A stretch of DNA of 47,198 nt from Polymyxa betae A26-41. Its lineage: Eukaryota; Protista; Endomyxa: Phytomyxea. This document shows, in pieces, positions 25,706 through 38,829 of this stretch; positions within the stretch are counted from its first letter, which is position 1; every line of letters begins with the position of its first letter. The notes below the pieces were generated by a model. The model ran no database searches and had not been told where the DNA came from. It saw nothing but the letters and a program-made list of their open reading frames with translations. The translations under genes and the position numbers were made by a program. The DNA lies in the NCBI GenBank assembly GCA_003693705.1, contig RBZT01000352.1, forward strand, positions 1 through 47,198, given 5' to 3'.

Positions 25706-26709
25706 ATGACGGAAGAGCAGAGGCCTCTTGATGTCATTCAAAATGAAGCTCCCGTCTCTGCATTTGATGCTGTTCTGTTAGCACAAGGCGCTGAAGCAGT
25801 ATGGATTTCGCACTGTTAATTAGCCGTTTGAATGCTGATTTTATTGTAGCGTGTCTGGCAAGGCCGTTTTCAGGGTCAACCGGTCATCATCAAAGAACGT
25901 TTCGCCAAGCATTATCGGCACCCAGATCTCGATGTTAAACTGACCAGAAGGCGTACCAAAGCTGTAATCGTCGTTTTCATTTTGGTTGTCGAGTGCCAAT
26001 ACGGATTATAGGAAGCCAAATGCATAACGAAATGTCAAGATTTGGATGAGGTTTCTGTCCCGAAGGTTATCCATATCGATACACGATCAGCACGACTATT
26101 TATTGAATATATTGACGCCCCAACTGTAAAACAGCACTTGTTTTCATTAGCAAGCTCGAATGGTACTTATCTCATTGTCCAGATATTAGCTAGTTAAGAA
26201 TTTCTGTTATAGGTGGTAGTGAAGCTTGTAAGCATGTTGCCATCCAACTTGGTAAAGCAGTCGCTTCCGTTCACAACGCCAATATTATACATGGCGATCT
26301 AACTACAAGTAACATCTTACGGTGTGATGACGGGAAATTGGTGAACAAAGATGCTCAAATCTATATTTTATTCATTTCAGTGCAGGTCTTGATAGATTTC
26401 GGACTGGGTTTTGGATCGACATTGGCTGAAGATAAAGCTGTCGATCTTTATGTTCTAGAACGTGCTATTCTCAGTACGCATTCAGATCTGACAGACATCG
26501 TAAGATGTCGCTTTCTATCTTGTTCTCTCGTTAGCTTATCGTGCCTTCTAGTTTGATGTAATTCTGCAGTCTTACGAAATGCGTAGTAATGATGCTGCAA
26601 GCGTTATGAAGAGATTCGAGGCCGGTATGTGTTACAATCAGCGATTGTCTCCTCATTGAATTCTGCTGCAGTTCGTATGCGAGGAAGGAAGCGTTGTATG
26701 ATCGGTTAA
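25706..26709 (+). CDS. BUD32: KEOPS complex kinase Bud32/TP53RK (PRPK)
   Basis: [64 protein letters not shown]. Confidence 0.95.
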
Positions 26710-26788
26710 TTACATTGTATACAATGAAATTTTCACTTTTACTTTATCTTATACTACAATCTGCCGGGTGATTTTCTCGTTGAATTTT

Positions 26789-27788
26789 TCAAATTGTTCC
26801 ATATGAAGCAAGAGAGAAATGCCCTTCGGCCCATCCATCCCATTCTTTAACGAGCTTCTCTTCGCCAGCCGCCCCAGCAATAACATGTAGAGGCATGAGA
26901 TGCTCTTCGCGTGGATGTGCCTTTCTGGCATTCGGTGCCACTTTGTCCCAATTCTTCAACCTTTCGGCTGTTTCCTCGCTTGGTACTCTCATCAATGTCT
27001 CATCTAGCCAATCTTGGAACGATTTGGCCCATGGCTCCGGTTTCGAGTCGCTTTTCCCCTGGTTATGGTTCATGTTGTGCGTAGCCATGCCTGCCGTTGT
27101 CATCAATCAATGTCCCATTATGAAGCTGATAAAAGGCTATCGCACCAGATCCCAGAATAAATACGCCTTGAGAACGGAGCGGTGCTAAGATTTGCCCGAC
27201 TTTCAAATGCAGATTAGCGTCAAGCGAGCGATGTAATGACAGTTGAACTACAGGAATACTGGCATCGGGCAAAAGCAGCATCAAAGGGATAAATACGCCA
27301 TGATCAAGACCTCGGGACGCATTTCTTGAACATTTCACTCCAGCGTTTTCTGGGAACGATTCAATGATTAATAGGTTCGACTTGTTATAACGGTTACCAA
27401 GAAGGTTCTGCACTTTATCGGCCAGACTCGGAGAGAAGCGACACGGATACGTGTATTTGTATGTCTCAGCTGGAAATCCATAATAATCAAAAAATAGATC
27501 GGGTGGATCTTTCACGAGAATTTCCAAGTCTTCGTTTCCCTCCCAATGCGCGGATACAACAAGGATACTCGATGGATTACTTCGTCCAGCAAATTTCTTC
27601 TCGAAATATGCTGCGATTTTCTGAGAATATTGAACAAACCAGCCACGACACAGCTGATGCCAAATTACCTTAGCAGCTGGCGAAGTCGAGTCGAATCCTT
27701 TAGCGGGATTACCTTCGGGGACCGTCATGAGGAACAAGGGTCCGCCGCCATGCCCAACGAACAGAACCGGCTGCTTCTCTTCTGCCAT
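26789..27788 (-). CDS. LigB-family extradiol ring-cleavage dioxygenase (DODA/YgiD-like)
   Basis: PVLFVGHGGGP, VSAHWE, DYYGFP, RGLDHGVFIPL, IPVVQLSL, GSGMATHN, AHPREEHLMPL. Confidence 0.92.
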
Positions 27789-28016
27789 AAGCGAATTCCG
27801 ATTTCGATAACAAACCGATAAAGAACCACCCTGTAATGTATCGAAGTGGCTTCCTTCTTCAATCCATGAACAGGCGCCCTTGTGCAACGTTACGTTTTCG
27901 TGGCGTGGCACCCGATACTTTTGTATGGGCGAATTAATAGAGCAGATGGTTACTTAAGAGTTGTTTCTTTTATATGGGCATTAGGACAGTGATATCTAAT
28001 AGGAGCTGGTCTACTA

Positions 28017-31000
28017 TTAGGCTATAATCATCTGGGAAGCGAACTCTTTGCACAGCTGGCGAAGTTGGTTTGCGTCCCGCCGCTTTAAGCACTGATTTAA
28101 GCGATCGCGATGTGACGATTTCATGATTTCTTCAAACTGTTGCGTCACTGCTTCAGCTTTTAATGTGATTTCACGTGGAAGACCGGCCATCTAAGCAAAC
28201 AACAAGCTAAGCGCTTGATCACGCTAACCCAAACTTCGACAACCTTAGCTATGTTAATACCGAATGACGCCGGGCAAACCCCTGGAATAAACTTATATAG
28301 GAATATAAGAGTCTGCGTCTCTCGATCTGGCTGAGACGCCATGTGGTACGCTGCGACATTCGGGTCGTCTTTGAACGTATCGGACAGCACATGATAATGT
28401 GTCGCGAACAGGGTTCGACATTTCACCTGAGGGGAGGTTAACAAAACAGCGAGCCATAAAGTATTTACTTGATGGCTGAGGTGGTGAGCAACAGCATATG
28501 CGATTGCCGTTCCGTCAAAGGTTGACGTTCCTGGGCAGGTATTAGATGCACCGAATGGGGTCGATGCGAGCTAGAGTACCTCGTCCGAGCTCGTCTAAAA
28601 TAACGAGTGAATGGCGAGTCGCGTGACGCAGAATGGTAGACGTTTCTTCTAATTCCACGAAGAAAGTTGATTGACCAGATAGGATACGATCACAGGCTCC
28701 AACACTAACGATGATGTCAGTGCTGCAAATAGCAAAAGTGACAAAAATGGAATGAAAACAAATTCGCCAGAAGCCAAGGTGTGAAAACTGACCGGGTGAA
28801 AATTCGATCAACAGGTGTCAATCGGCACGATTCGGCTGGAACGTAACAGCCGAGCTGAGCCAATATGACGCAGAGACATGTCTGGCGCAACAATGTGCTC
28901 TTTCCTCCCATATTGGGACCCTTTTCACGAAACTCAGCGCGAGTTTAATGTTGTGAAGGCGCAGAATCATTACAGTAACCAGAAGAAATGAGGCCGGGTT
29001 TTCATCAGTTGAGATGAAGGTGTCGTTCGGAATAAACGATATCGACGCCGATTCTAATGAAGGATGACGGGCACCGCGAAGTTCTAGCAATGACTGATTC
29101 TCGCTCCTACAAGAAGCATTTAGGAAAATATTCTTAAGCTTCATAAAGCAGCTACCTCTCCACAAATTCGGGCCTTGCCATGGGCTCTCCTAACAAAAAA
29201 ATCAATACCATGAAAAAACCTCCGAAAGTTGACAGACCATTGGCAGCTTCACTTGTAAGGGCCAGCGCGCAGAGACTATCCAGGTCTGCCAATGCCGACA
29301 CCGCCGCATTCCACAGCGAATGGTGCTTGCAGAATTCGGTGAAAATTCGACGCATCGTGGACGACAGCGCCGCCGATTTCTTCGTGCAGATTTCAGTACC
29401 GCACCGAAGGAAGGGCGCCCAGGGTACAGCACGACATACCTTCTCATTGGCTCTCTCCAGATCATAGATACAGGAACGGATCTCGGAGGTGTAAAACCGA
29501 ACAAAACCTTTCCGTTGTGACACCTTGCGAAGAGTAACTTCAATGCCAACAAACAACATTGATGCTCACCTTTTCGTATCGATCGGACATATGGCCAAGT
29601 CGTTTAATCGCGTGTTCAGGGACTTCTAACTGATAACGCTCAGCGTTTTTATGAACGAACCTGCAATTCCGTCACAATGAGAGCGCGGGACTGCAATGGC
29701 CGGAAACCTACTCGACGTTACGTTCATTCAAAGCTTTTCTTTCTGCAACCAAGATGTTCTTCAGCTCGCCTTCGACTCGTTCAATTTCGTTCTGGGCATC
29801 GTCGTATTCTACGTCGATTCCAGGCGCGGGTACGATAATTCCGTCGCGTCGGGCTGCCTAATAAACCAAAATATAAACATCAACTGCCGGAAATTTTAAG
29901 CATGAGCCAAGTCAGTACTGAATTATTGCGAGTACATCTTCGACAAAAAATGTGACGATCTTCAATTTTTCTTCTACTCGAAAAAAACAGACCTCGACAT
30001 CGAAAGCGTTATCAAGATACTCCAAAGCGGGCCTCAAATCAGGGAAGACTTCCCCCAGAGTTGTTAGACGATGTAAGAGATCGGCGCTGAAGCTGAACTC
30101 TCCGTTTTCCAACCACGATGAAGCTCTGCGAAATCCGTCGACAATATCCAGAAACATGTTCAATCGGGCCGCTGTCACATTCTCATACATGACTGCCTGT
30201 ACAGCCGCTCAATACAGAACCAGAACAGGACCATCACGACGTACTTTGGAGTCACGCCCGCACGAGTATGCATGAATTCGCGAAAGCATTCTACCCAGAT
30301 CCGGCAATTTCTTTAAATTCGTGCGCAATCGTTCTCTATAACATAGATCAGCAGGAAACAGCCAAATATAGAAACACAGAATCATAGGAAATTTCATCAA
30401 ATGCCAAGAACGCTCAAGATGCAAAAACATTCCGACCTGGTATCGATATCCTGAATCAAGTTCTCGACCGCATCGAGACGCTCATTGATGTCATGCGGGC
30501 GAACCAGCGGCCGGATGATCCATCTAAACGGACGAATTAAGTACGGCCAAGCGCACACAGGCCGCGAAGTGGCTGCTGACTGACTCGCGCAGACGGCGAT
30601 GACCGAATGGAGTGACGCAGTGATCGATGTACTCGAGCAACGAACCCTGCAGGCCGCCCTCCGAGTTCTGCACAATCTAACACAAAAACCCCGTTTTCAG
30701 AACAATGAATCGACAAACTGGGCCAGTACCGACCTCGAGGTTGGCTATCGTTTGGCCGTCCAGAGCCAGGAACGAATTGGTATCGGAATCGTTCGGATCG
30801 TACTGGACAAACGTGCCGATTTTGACAAGTTCCTCGTCCAGTAGGCATCGTTTCAAATACTGCACGACCTGGCCGAATGCGGCGACTGCCAGCTGGCCCA
30901 TATCGCCGAATACCGACGGCATCTCGTCCGGGAAATAATCCCGAATTGATAACTGATATGCATTCAAATTTGAAAATCAAACCAACGTTTGAAGAAATCG

Positions 31001-32626
31001 AAGAGAAAAACTCAGCGATACGAAGAATAAAATTACGTGAAGGGACACTCAGAAACATACCATGGTGTAGTCATGATCCCACGGAGAGGGTAACGAATTT
31101 CGTGACACCGACATGGGCACGTCCTTCTTCAATATGGAATGCGTCATTGATTGCAAGCCGTTGGCCGGGACCACGATCTCGGACGGCGCCACGCATGCCA
31201 GCAGCGTTCGGAAACGGGTCCGTTGCGGATCATCGGTAAACTACACCACGTCGTCAATTCCAGATCCGCGATCGAGATTCGTCGCTAGTGGGACAAAGGC
31301 GTCCGGACCTGGCCAATGTGGAAGCGCGCCGTGGCGGTGTCGCAGAAACAGACGCCGTACTCGTTGCCGCCCTCTGATTCGGTCAACGACAGCAGGAACG
31401 AGGCCTTCGGCGACCCGATCAGCTCGTTATCAGTTAAGGTCCCCTTCGTTAGGACCGAGCACAGCTCACGATTAACAACCTGAGTACCGATATCAGAACA
31501 GTCATGAAAAGCAGAAAATGTGACAATAAATCGAACTTTCGATTTCGATCCCGTCGTTGAGTTGCGCTCTTTCAGATCATTCGGAGTCTCAACCTGTTCG
31601 ACCCGAGCGATTTTGAATCCGAGTTGAACCAATCGTTCGGCGTACTTGCCGAACGACCGTTCCGGAAATCCGACATGTGGACGATCACCTTTCATCATCA
31701 GCAGGTTCAGATGCTGATTCCTATTAGTCATTTTCAGAATCGGGAGATCCAACGGGCAGCATGAAACAGCAGACGGACCCGATCAGGGCGTCGGAGTCGA
31801 ATAGCTCGTAGAATTTGCCCATCTTGAAGAACAGCACCATGTCGTAATGATCCTTCTTAATCTCCCAGTATTGGCGTTGTGCCTATCGAACGCAACAATC
31901 AGACGGACCGGAACAGCAATTTAAACATCAAGAAAATATGACAACGAAAATGAAATGAATTTACAGGGGTCATCTTGGCCAATATTGAGGAGGGAATAGA
32001 GATCGTGGTCGGATCATAATCGGGATGGTCGCGGTGCCGTCCCTTCGAATCGCGCGGGTTCGCCTGCCAATCGGGCAGGTTTCCCTGGCCAGACACGGTC
32101 CTGGACGCTCGCGGCGCGGTTGTCGATCGGCATCCAGGGATCGAGTCGATGTCGGCAACGGTCCCGACAGAGAACGCCATGGAGTCGAGATTGATGGCGG
32201 GCGCCGCCGCTCGCAGCCGCTTCGGCGTTGATTCCGGCACGACGACGCCGTCGCCGTCGTTATCGTCATCATCGCTTTCCGCTATCCGACGGATCGTTCG
32301 TTTTTGGGTGGGTTTCGGGCTGGGCGATGGCAGCATAACTTTTGATGGCGTTGCCTTGGGAACGACATCGAATTTCGGTTGTTCAGCGACCTTTTTGGGG
32401 GTCGAAACATCAGACGCCGCTCGAACCTGAAGTGAGAATTGAGCTTCTTATGAATAAAGGCGAAAACCAAATGTTGGGCGACATTTTCTTTGGCAGAGCC
32501 GCCGTTATTGGCGCTGGCGCTGCTGGGCCGATCATAGCGGGCTCCTCGGCCAGACGGCGAGAAGAACGAGAACAGGGTTGGGGTGCCAGTCGGCGTCGGA
32601 CGACTGGCCTTCTTTTTGGCCGACAT
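28017..32626 (-). CDS. MSH6: DNA mismatch repair protein MutS homolog 6
   Basis: [97 protein letters not shown]. Confidence 0.96.
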
Positions 32627-32826
32627 CTAGACGACAACCACCTTTAGACACACAACGTCCAATATGACAAAAAAATGTTTAATGGGATTTCAGCATGGAG
32701 GCGCTCACCTGCACTGCACATGGTACGCACATTTTGTGAAAAAATACTACATTTTGTTTTCAAAAAAAGGTTTCCAAATTTATTCTAAAATCATCCTCTA
32801 CGCTGCTTCGAGTTTGTTATCACGAT

Positions 32827-33961
32827 GTGACAGCTGAATTGCAATGCAAATACGCACCGAGCTGCTTTTGTTATGGATTCAGCTGGGATCCGATCGTGGC
32901 AGTATCGTTCTGTCTATCGTGGGTACCGAAACAGGTCCAAATGGTACCCACGTTAGATGAATGTTACGAGACGCTCCTGGAGCAGCGATTGCTGCAATGT
33001 CTAGAGGTGATCAAAGCCGGTGCATTTCGCCATATTAAAGAGCAGGCCCGACTTGATGCCGTATTACAAGTTCTAGATCGCATTCGTATCGTCTATGTAT
33101 GCATACACCATCTCTCTACTTTCCGCCAATCAACTTAATAAAGGCATCCGCAGGCGTTCTCTGAATATGACTTCAGTTCGATCTCGTTTGAAGTTATGCC
33201 TGCCGCCAACTACCAAGAAACTAGTCTAATGAAGAACAGTAACTTGCTCCGAGAAAATCGTCTTAAAAGAGCTCTGACAATTGCGCAGGAATGTCTCGAA
33301 AGACGATCGTTAAACCGGTCATCATAACCGTAACTGAACTTTTCCCATTTTTGTATTTGAGCTCCATTTGATGGTTACAAACAGATTACGGAAAGATGGA
33401 ACGAACTGGCTCAAGCACGATCTCTTCGAGCTGACACGAGCAGCTGTTTAGCTTATACAGGTGGCAGATTAGGCCTAACACTTCCAGTTTTAACAGATCC
33501 AGAAATGGTAGTTTTACCCGCTACGAATTCTCTCCAATGCTGATTGTATTCAGGATATCGTTGAGCAACGCCATCAGGCACCTTTCCAAGACTATACAAA
33601 CGTTCTCGATGCTATCGACTATGTGAAGGCGCCCAACCAAGACCAGCCAGTCAAGCTGTGTTGGATGACCATGACCTGTCCATCACTATTTCAAGGTGAA
33701 TATCGCAGACAGATGGAGTTACACGCCGATACGACAAAAATCACAGAGTTTGGAAGAGTTCGGAACCATCCTTCATCAGATCCTTGCAAGTATTAACTAT
33801 GCCTCTGGTTCAGATATATTTGGAAGACATTAGCAGATGTCTTGGGATCCCATCCGAATATCCAGAATTATTCTTCGTCTTGCTGCCAGATTCGTTCCGC
33901 TGCTATGGCTCCGTCTACCAACCACCTCCAGAAGCTGATGGAAACTGATTGCCAAAAATAA
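32827..33961 (+). CDS. Hypothetical multi-exon gene
   Basis: Several open segments separated by intron-like sequences; a consistent splice model could not be closed. Confidence 0.35.
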
Positions 33962-33974
33962 GGATGACTTACAG

Positions 33975-33995
33975 AACCCTAAAACCCTAAACCCT
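33975..33995 (+). repeat. Interstitial telomere-like (CCCTAAA[A]) motif
   Basis: aaccctaaaaccctaaaccct, about 75 nt upstream of the DPH6 ATG. Confidence 0.7.
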
Positions 33996-34069
33996 TGTTG
34001 ACCCCTTTCAATGAGCTTTCTCTCCGGACTGCGTCAGATCTGTGATCGTCTCAATTGCCGGCCTGCACG

Positions 34070-35009
34070 ATGAAAGTGGCGGCGCTGGTCTCGGGCGGTA
34101 AGGACTCTGTTTTCGCCATGATCGAATGTGTTCGTAACGGGCATGAGATCGTCTGCTTGGGCAACCTGCATCCCGAAGACCAACAGATCCATGAACTGGA
34201 TAGCTATTGCTTTCAGACGGTCGGGCATAATGTCGTTCCAGCTCTCTCCGAATGTATGGATTTGCCTATGTATAGACGTCCCATACAAGGCACTGCCGTT
34301 TGTCAATCGCTCGATTATGATCGTCACGACGACGATGAAGTCGAAGATCTGTTCCTGCTATTGTCCGAAGTGAAAACCAAACATCCCGATGTTGAGGCGG
34401 TTTGCACCGGGGCTATCTTGTCCAGCTACCAAAAACATCGAGTTGAACATGTCTGTAATAGACTCGGGCTGATATCGCTCTCCTTTCTATGGCAGCGGGA
34501 TCAGAAGGCGTTATACGACGAGATGATCGTAAGCGAGTTTGTTTACTTTTCTTCAAGAAATTCATCAAATCTTTCCACAGACGAGCGGCATCGTGGCCGT
34601 CTTGATCAAGACTGCCTGCCAAGGGCTCTCACCACTCGAACATATCGGCCGCGATCTGCAATCAATGCGGGCGATCTTATTCGAGCTGGCTGATCAAAGC
34701 GGCTGCAATCCTTGTGGAGAAGGTGGCGAATACGAATCCTTGGTCATCGACTGTCCTTTGTTCAAGCGCCATATCGTCCTGGATGAGTGTACGATTGATG
34801 GTGACGAGATCGAGAATCCGATCGCCCCGGTTGGTCATCTGCGCGTCCTGTCGTACCATACGGAAGCGAAATCTGCAGATGAACTTGAAGCGTTGAGGCT
34901 GTTCACGCTGAAACAATGGAGGGCGTCGAATGCCAAAGACCCTGTCAAACTGCAAGGCGAATGCTCTGGCGAATCCGATAACGATTCTGATGTTCGTGAA
35001 AACCAATAG
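34070..35009 (+). CDS. DPH6: Diphthine-ammonia ligase (diphthamide synthase)
   Basis: MKVAALVSGGKDS (PP-loop), ELDSYCFQTVGH, DEVEDLF, GAILSSYQKHRVEHVC, NPCGEGGEYESLVIDCPLF. One intron at about 34530-34580. Confidence 0.95.
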
Positions 35010-35180
35010 ATTTATAGAGAAGTAAACCTTTACTGTTATTCACTACCGACACCAAAGCGTCGATCGGATTATGGTTCCGAAGCAATAAGAAATGCAGAGA
35101 TTAGAACCAGAAATTGCAATAAATCAGTCTTGTCATTCTTTTCAAAACGTTGCCATCTTTCAGGACAGAAAAATTCCACA

Positions 35181-36305
35181 ATGAAAAAAGCTAAACAGCA
35201 GATAAATGGGTGCAAAGCTTGCAGAATGGTAAGTTGTTTGCAGGAAACCTGTGAAACAGATCGCAAACAAACAGTATGAATGGCGCGAATTCGCTCCAAA
35301 AACGATCGGTGTATCTACGCTCAACGAATTGAATCGAGCGATATCGCCCGCCTGATTCATCCAGGAAACCATCCCAACATGTTTTATCACGATAACAGAC
35401 GACTACATAGGTAGTGCTTCGACTGCCAGTGGTTCAGTATTATATATGGTCAGGCAAAGAATAAACGAGCTGGGTTAAACGGACCGTCAAACCAAAATAC
35501 GTATATGAATAATCTCAACATTTGAAGTTGAATTGCAGGAACGTTCGACCTGTGGTGAGGACCCTTCGTTCACGTGTGGCCCGAAGTTCACCTTCGGTGT
35601 TGCTTCGAAACATCTTCATGATTTGTTCATTCGCATTTTGCAGTATATCGTCAGATATAAGTTCAAACGAGCCGGGATGTCGTCCAAGATTGAATCTCGA
35701 TTGACCGAGGAGGATCGCGAATTCTCTAAGCAGAAGGGCATACCAGAAAATGATCGCTATGGTCAGGATCTTCTAACAATGGTCAACGTTATTGTGCCAG
35801 GGTTAGCCTTCCATGGCGCTTTTCTGATATTTCTAACTTAGACGCTATTAGGTATGCTCAGAAGATTGATCTGGATCTACCACGAAGCGAGATCGTTAAC
35901 AGCATCAAGAAAGAACTGAAACTGGCAGGTATCAGCGACAGGTAGCCCTGATACGAACAATCAGTTTTGATCACTTACATTTTTGAAAGCTTGAGTAAAA
36001 ACGATATTGGCAAGACTTTGGAAAAGTATAAGAACGCCACACCCAATCAAGAATACCTCGAGAAGCTTCGCCCGCCTCCGTCGATCAACTACAATTTGCA
36101 TCCGGTAGACGAAGCAGCGCCCGAAGAGGACAACGAAGACGAGGTCATCAACGAAGACGAGATCAACGACCCCGATTACTTTCCAGGCATGGAGGAGAGC
36201 GAACCAATCGACACGACCGAGGCTATCCCGGGACAAGAACCTGGAGAATATCCAGGAGATGAACTCCCCGATATTCCGCCCTTAAGAACAAGTAAGAATG
36301 ACTGA
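35181..36305 (+). CDS. Hypothetical multi-exon protein with acidic/Pro-rich C-terminus
   Basis: Exon-like segments with ~50-nt GT-AG introns ending in ORF 35967-36305; family not recognised and 5' exons uncertain. Confidence 0.45.
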
Positions 36306-36529
36306 TGTACCCATCCTTCTCTTTCTCGTCATTTTGTTGAGGGGCTATGTAACATTAGTACATTACATCTCTTATAAAACCCTTTTTTTTTCAAAATTTA
36401 TTCAATAAATTCGACTTGTCTGCATTGCCATTTGAGCCCAGATTAGAATCTCCGTGAAGTGTGATCGGGCCATAGGGGGAACCTGCACCTACAGTAGAGC
36501 ATCTCTTACCAATCCGGCTGCATTTTGTC

Positions 36530-37616
36530 ATGGTCTCAGCAATAAGGGACCCGTTCGATGCCGCCTGGGTAATTAATCTATCAGCTTTGTTTGTTAATAT
36601 GTATCAATACTTCAATCTAGCTGGAGGCGATGCCAGTTCCGGCTCAGCATTGGCTCCTGAATGTTGCCACCACCGTGACGCAGACACTCGAAGCCGATGC
36701 TGCATATTGGAGGTCCATTCGAGACATCCTCGCGAAGGCAAATGCTGCCCCTGCGAGCGTCGTCGAAGGGGCCGTGCTCAGCAATGAGGGCGTTGCTTCG
36801 CTGATTGTTCCAGACCCATCAGAGCCGGGATCGTCTGAAACCATCCTAAATGGGTCCACAACAAATGACTCTGAGGCGTTTCCGGCGGATTCGGTGGTCA
36901 ACCAGAGCGGATTGGAATCAACTAGAGAGGAGCAGGAATTGAACCGGATGGAAAGCGCAGTTCAGACGCTTAATTATTTAACGTTGGACAGACCAAGATT
37001 TAGGCGCGAGAAGCTTGGAGCTGGAAAGAAATGTGTTGTTAGTCTCGGCTGCTCTGCTAATGTCGTCAGCAAAGCGCGAGCGCAAACGTCGCCATCAATG
37101 GCCATGTTGATGAAAGAGGCATCCCAGCGACGATCGGCACGAAGAAGTATCACTTCCGGGAAAGAAGGCGAAGTTGAAAAAGCTGCCTCAGAGAGAGAAG
37201 ACGAAGTTCAAAAAGGTGTCTTACGAGAGAGAGAAGGTGAAGCTGAAAGCGCTCCAGCGCCCGCAGTAGTATCCGATATTAGCAGTGATCGAAACTCTGA
37301 ACAAAATCTCTCTGGAGATGAAAATTTATTGACTGAGACACCTATCGAGATTCAAATCGAACAGCGAGAACCCGGAATGGAGAAAAAAACAGAAACCCCA
37401 GAAGGACAATCAAAAATTCTGAACGAATTGCTCGAATGCAGTCATGGCGAATCGTCAGCGGCTGTCCTGCCGAAGGCCCGCGTTTCTGGCGAGCAGCCTG
37501 ATCAAGACATCGTCAGAGAAGAGCCAGCCGCCTGCCTTCATTGCAGCTGCGTCTGCTTCCGGGACAATCCCTATAGAAAAGGTCGATGCTCTAATTGCTT
37601 CCATAAACACGAATAG
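36530..37616 (+). CDS. Mostly disordered protein with CPI-like motif and C-terminal Cys/His finger
   Basis: MVSAIRDPFDAAW|LEAMPVP.. with one short intron; LNYLTLDRPRFRREKL; terminal CLHCSCVCFRDNPYRKGRCSNCFHKHE. Confidence 0.7.
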
Positions 37617-37671
37617 ACCATTTGAAGTTTCCACAAAATCGGAATCACAGTCGGAGCTTTGGCAAGCTGTG

Positions 37672-38330
37672 ATGGCTGCGCGTCGCAGCGTCATGTGAGA
37701 TCCCTTACAAATCTCATCCCATCTGAAGTTCTTTCTTTCGCAAGTAAACGAGAAATTTTTGAATCAGAAGGCGCCAGCAGCGGAGGACTGGGTTTGTTTC
37801 TCGGCGCCACGGCGTGCTCGTATTTGCAATCGTCTGCAGCCCGTTCGCTGCAGCAGCAGCCAGACGGCGTCGCTCCCGGCCCGACCATGGACGACGACCT
37901 ACTGCGAATGTCGCAGGACGTTCGGCATCTGGCTCCCGCCCCGATACCGGCCCGGGTTCGTAGCCGAGACATCCCTCCTGTGCCTCAGTTCTCCAATGAT
38001 CTAGACACGTATATCCATAGTCGTTTTAATTTCTGATGGTAATTGGTTTCTGTTTTTCAGGCAGATATTGAAACAAATCGAGAAGAAACCGCGCCTGCAA
38101 TCCGGATTCATAAAAGAATGGACGCCGCCGTCTCTCAGCCGGCTTTTGAAATTGGCTCCTCCTAGAAGCAGACACGATTCTCCTCGTGCATCGTTAGGAA
38201 GAGAGTCGGTGATCTGATAGGGCGTGGCTTTATTTATTGATTGTTTTTGCAGGCGGTTAATCAGCAGTCTTTCAGAGAGATCGAATGCGATATTGAGGAA
38301 TTCGACCAATCGCCAGGCGAAGAGTTCTGA
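37672..38330 (+). CDS. Hypothetical multi-exon protein
   Basis: MAARRSV|IKREIFESEG.. can be spliced through ORF 37659-38036 and later exons via GT-AG introns; 3' end uncertain. Confidence 0.4.
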
Positions 38331-38747
38331 TTGTTCGAAACCGCCATTCTCTCCTAGCTCCAAGATATCGCCCCCCAGATGCCCCATAAGACTCTCAGAA
38401 TCGGTCCAGTTTCGACCAAAGAATCTGATGCAGACCTCACTCAATAATTGTAATGGACCCAGCGCCTGTTCAACAACTGTCGTTTAGATATCACTTAAGT
38501 AATCCATGAATATTTATTGAATACATCAGCAAAGGCATCTTTATCACTTGCTGTGGTTTTGTCGCTTTTGATTAATCGGCAAAAGGCTCTGAAAAGCAAG
38601 TTTTAAAAGGACTCCTCAAGTCGTGAAAGGAATCGCTTTTAAAAAGATCAGTTATTTGGACATCAGAATCTAAACATCTCTCGTCAAATGTGACATCAGA
38701 AAGCTGGGTTTAGAAGCAGTTTGAATCCTCATCGTCCAAATAAAGTG

Positions 38748-38829
38748 CGCTTTGAGCGGGGATTGAACCCAAGACCTGCCCAAGCCATGGCCTGGCTTCA
38801 GCAGATTCGTCCATCCGGCCACTTCAAAC
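38748..38829 (-). pseudogene. tRNA-like Pol III remnant (tRNA pseudogene or SINE head)
   Basis: A-box-like TGGCCGGATGG (38811-38821) and B-box GGTTCAATCCC (38759-38769) with a T-arm-like stem; cloverleaf incomplete. Confidence 0.4.

Noticed and set aside
36530-36740. INCENP N-terminal resemblance
   Set aside because: Similarity too vague and no IN-box at the C-terminus.
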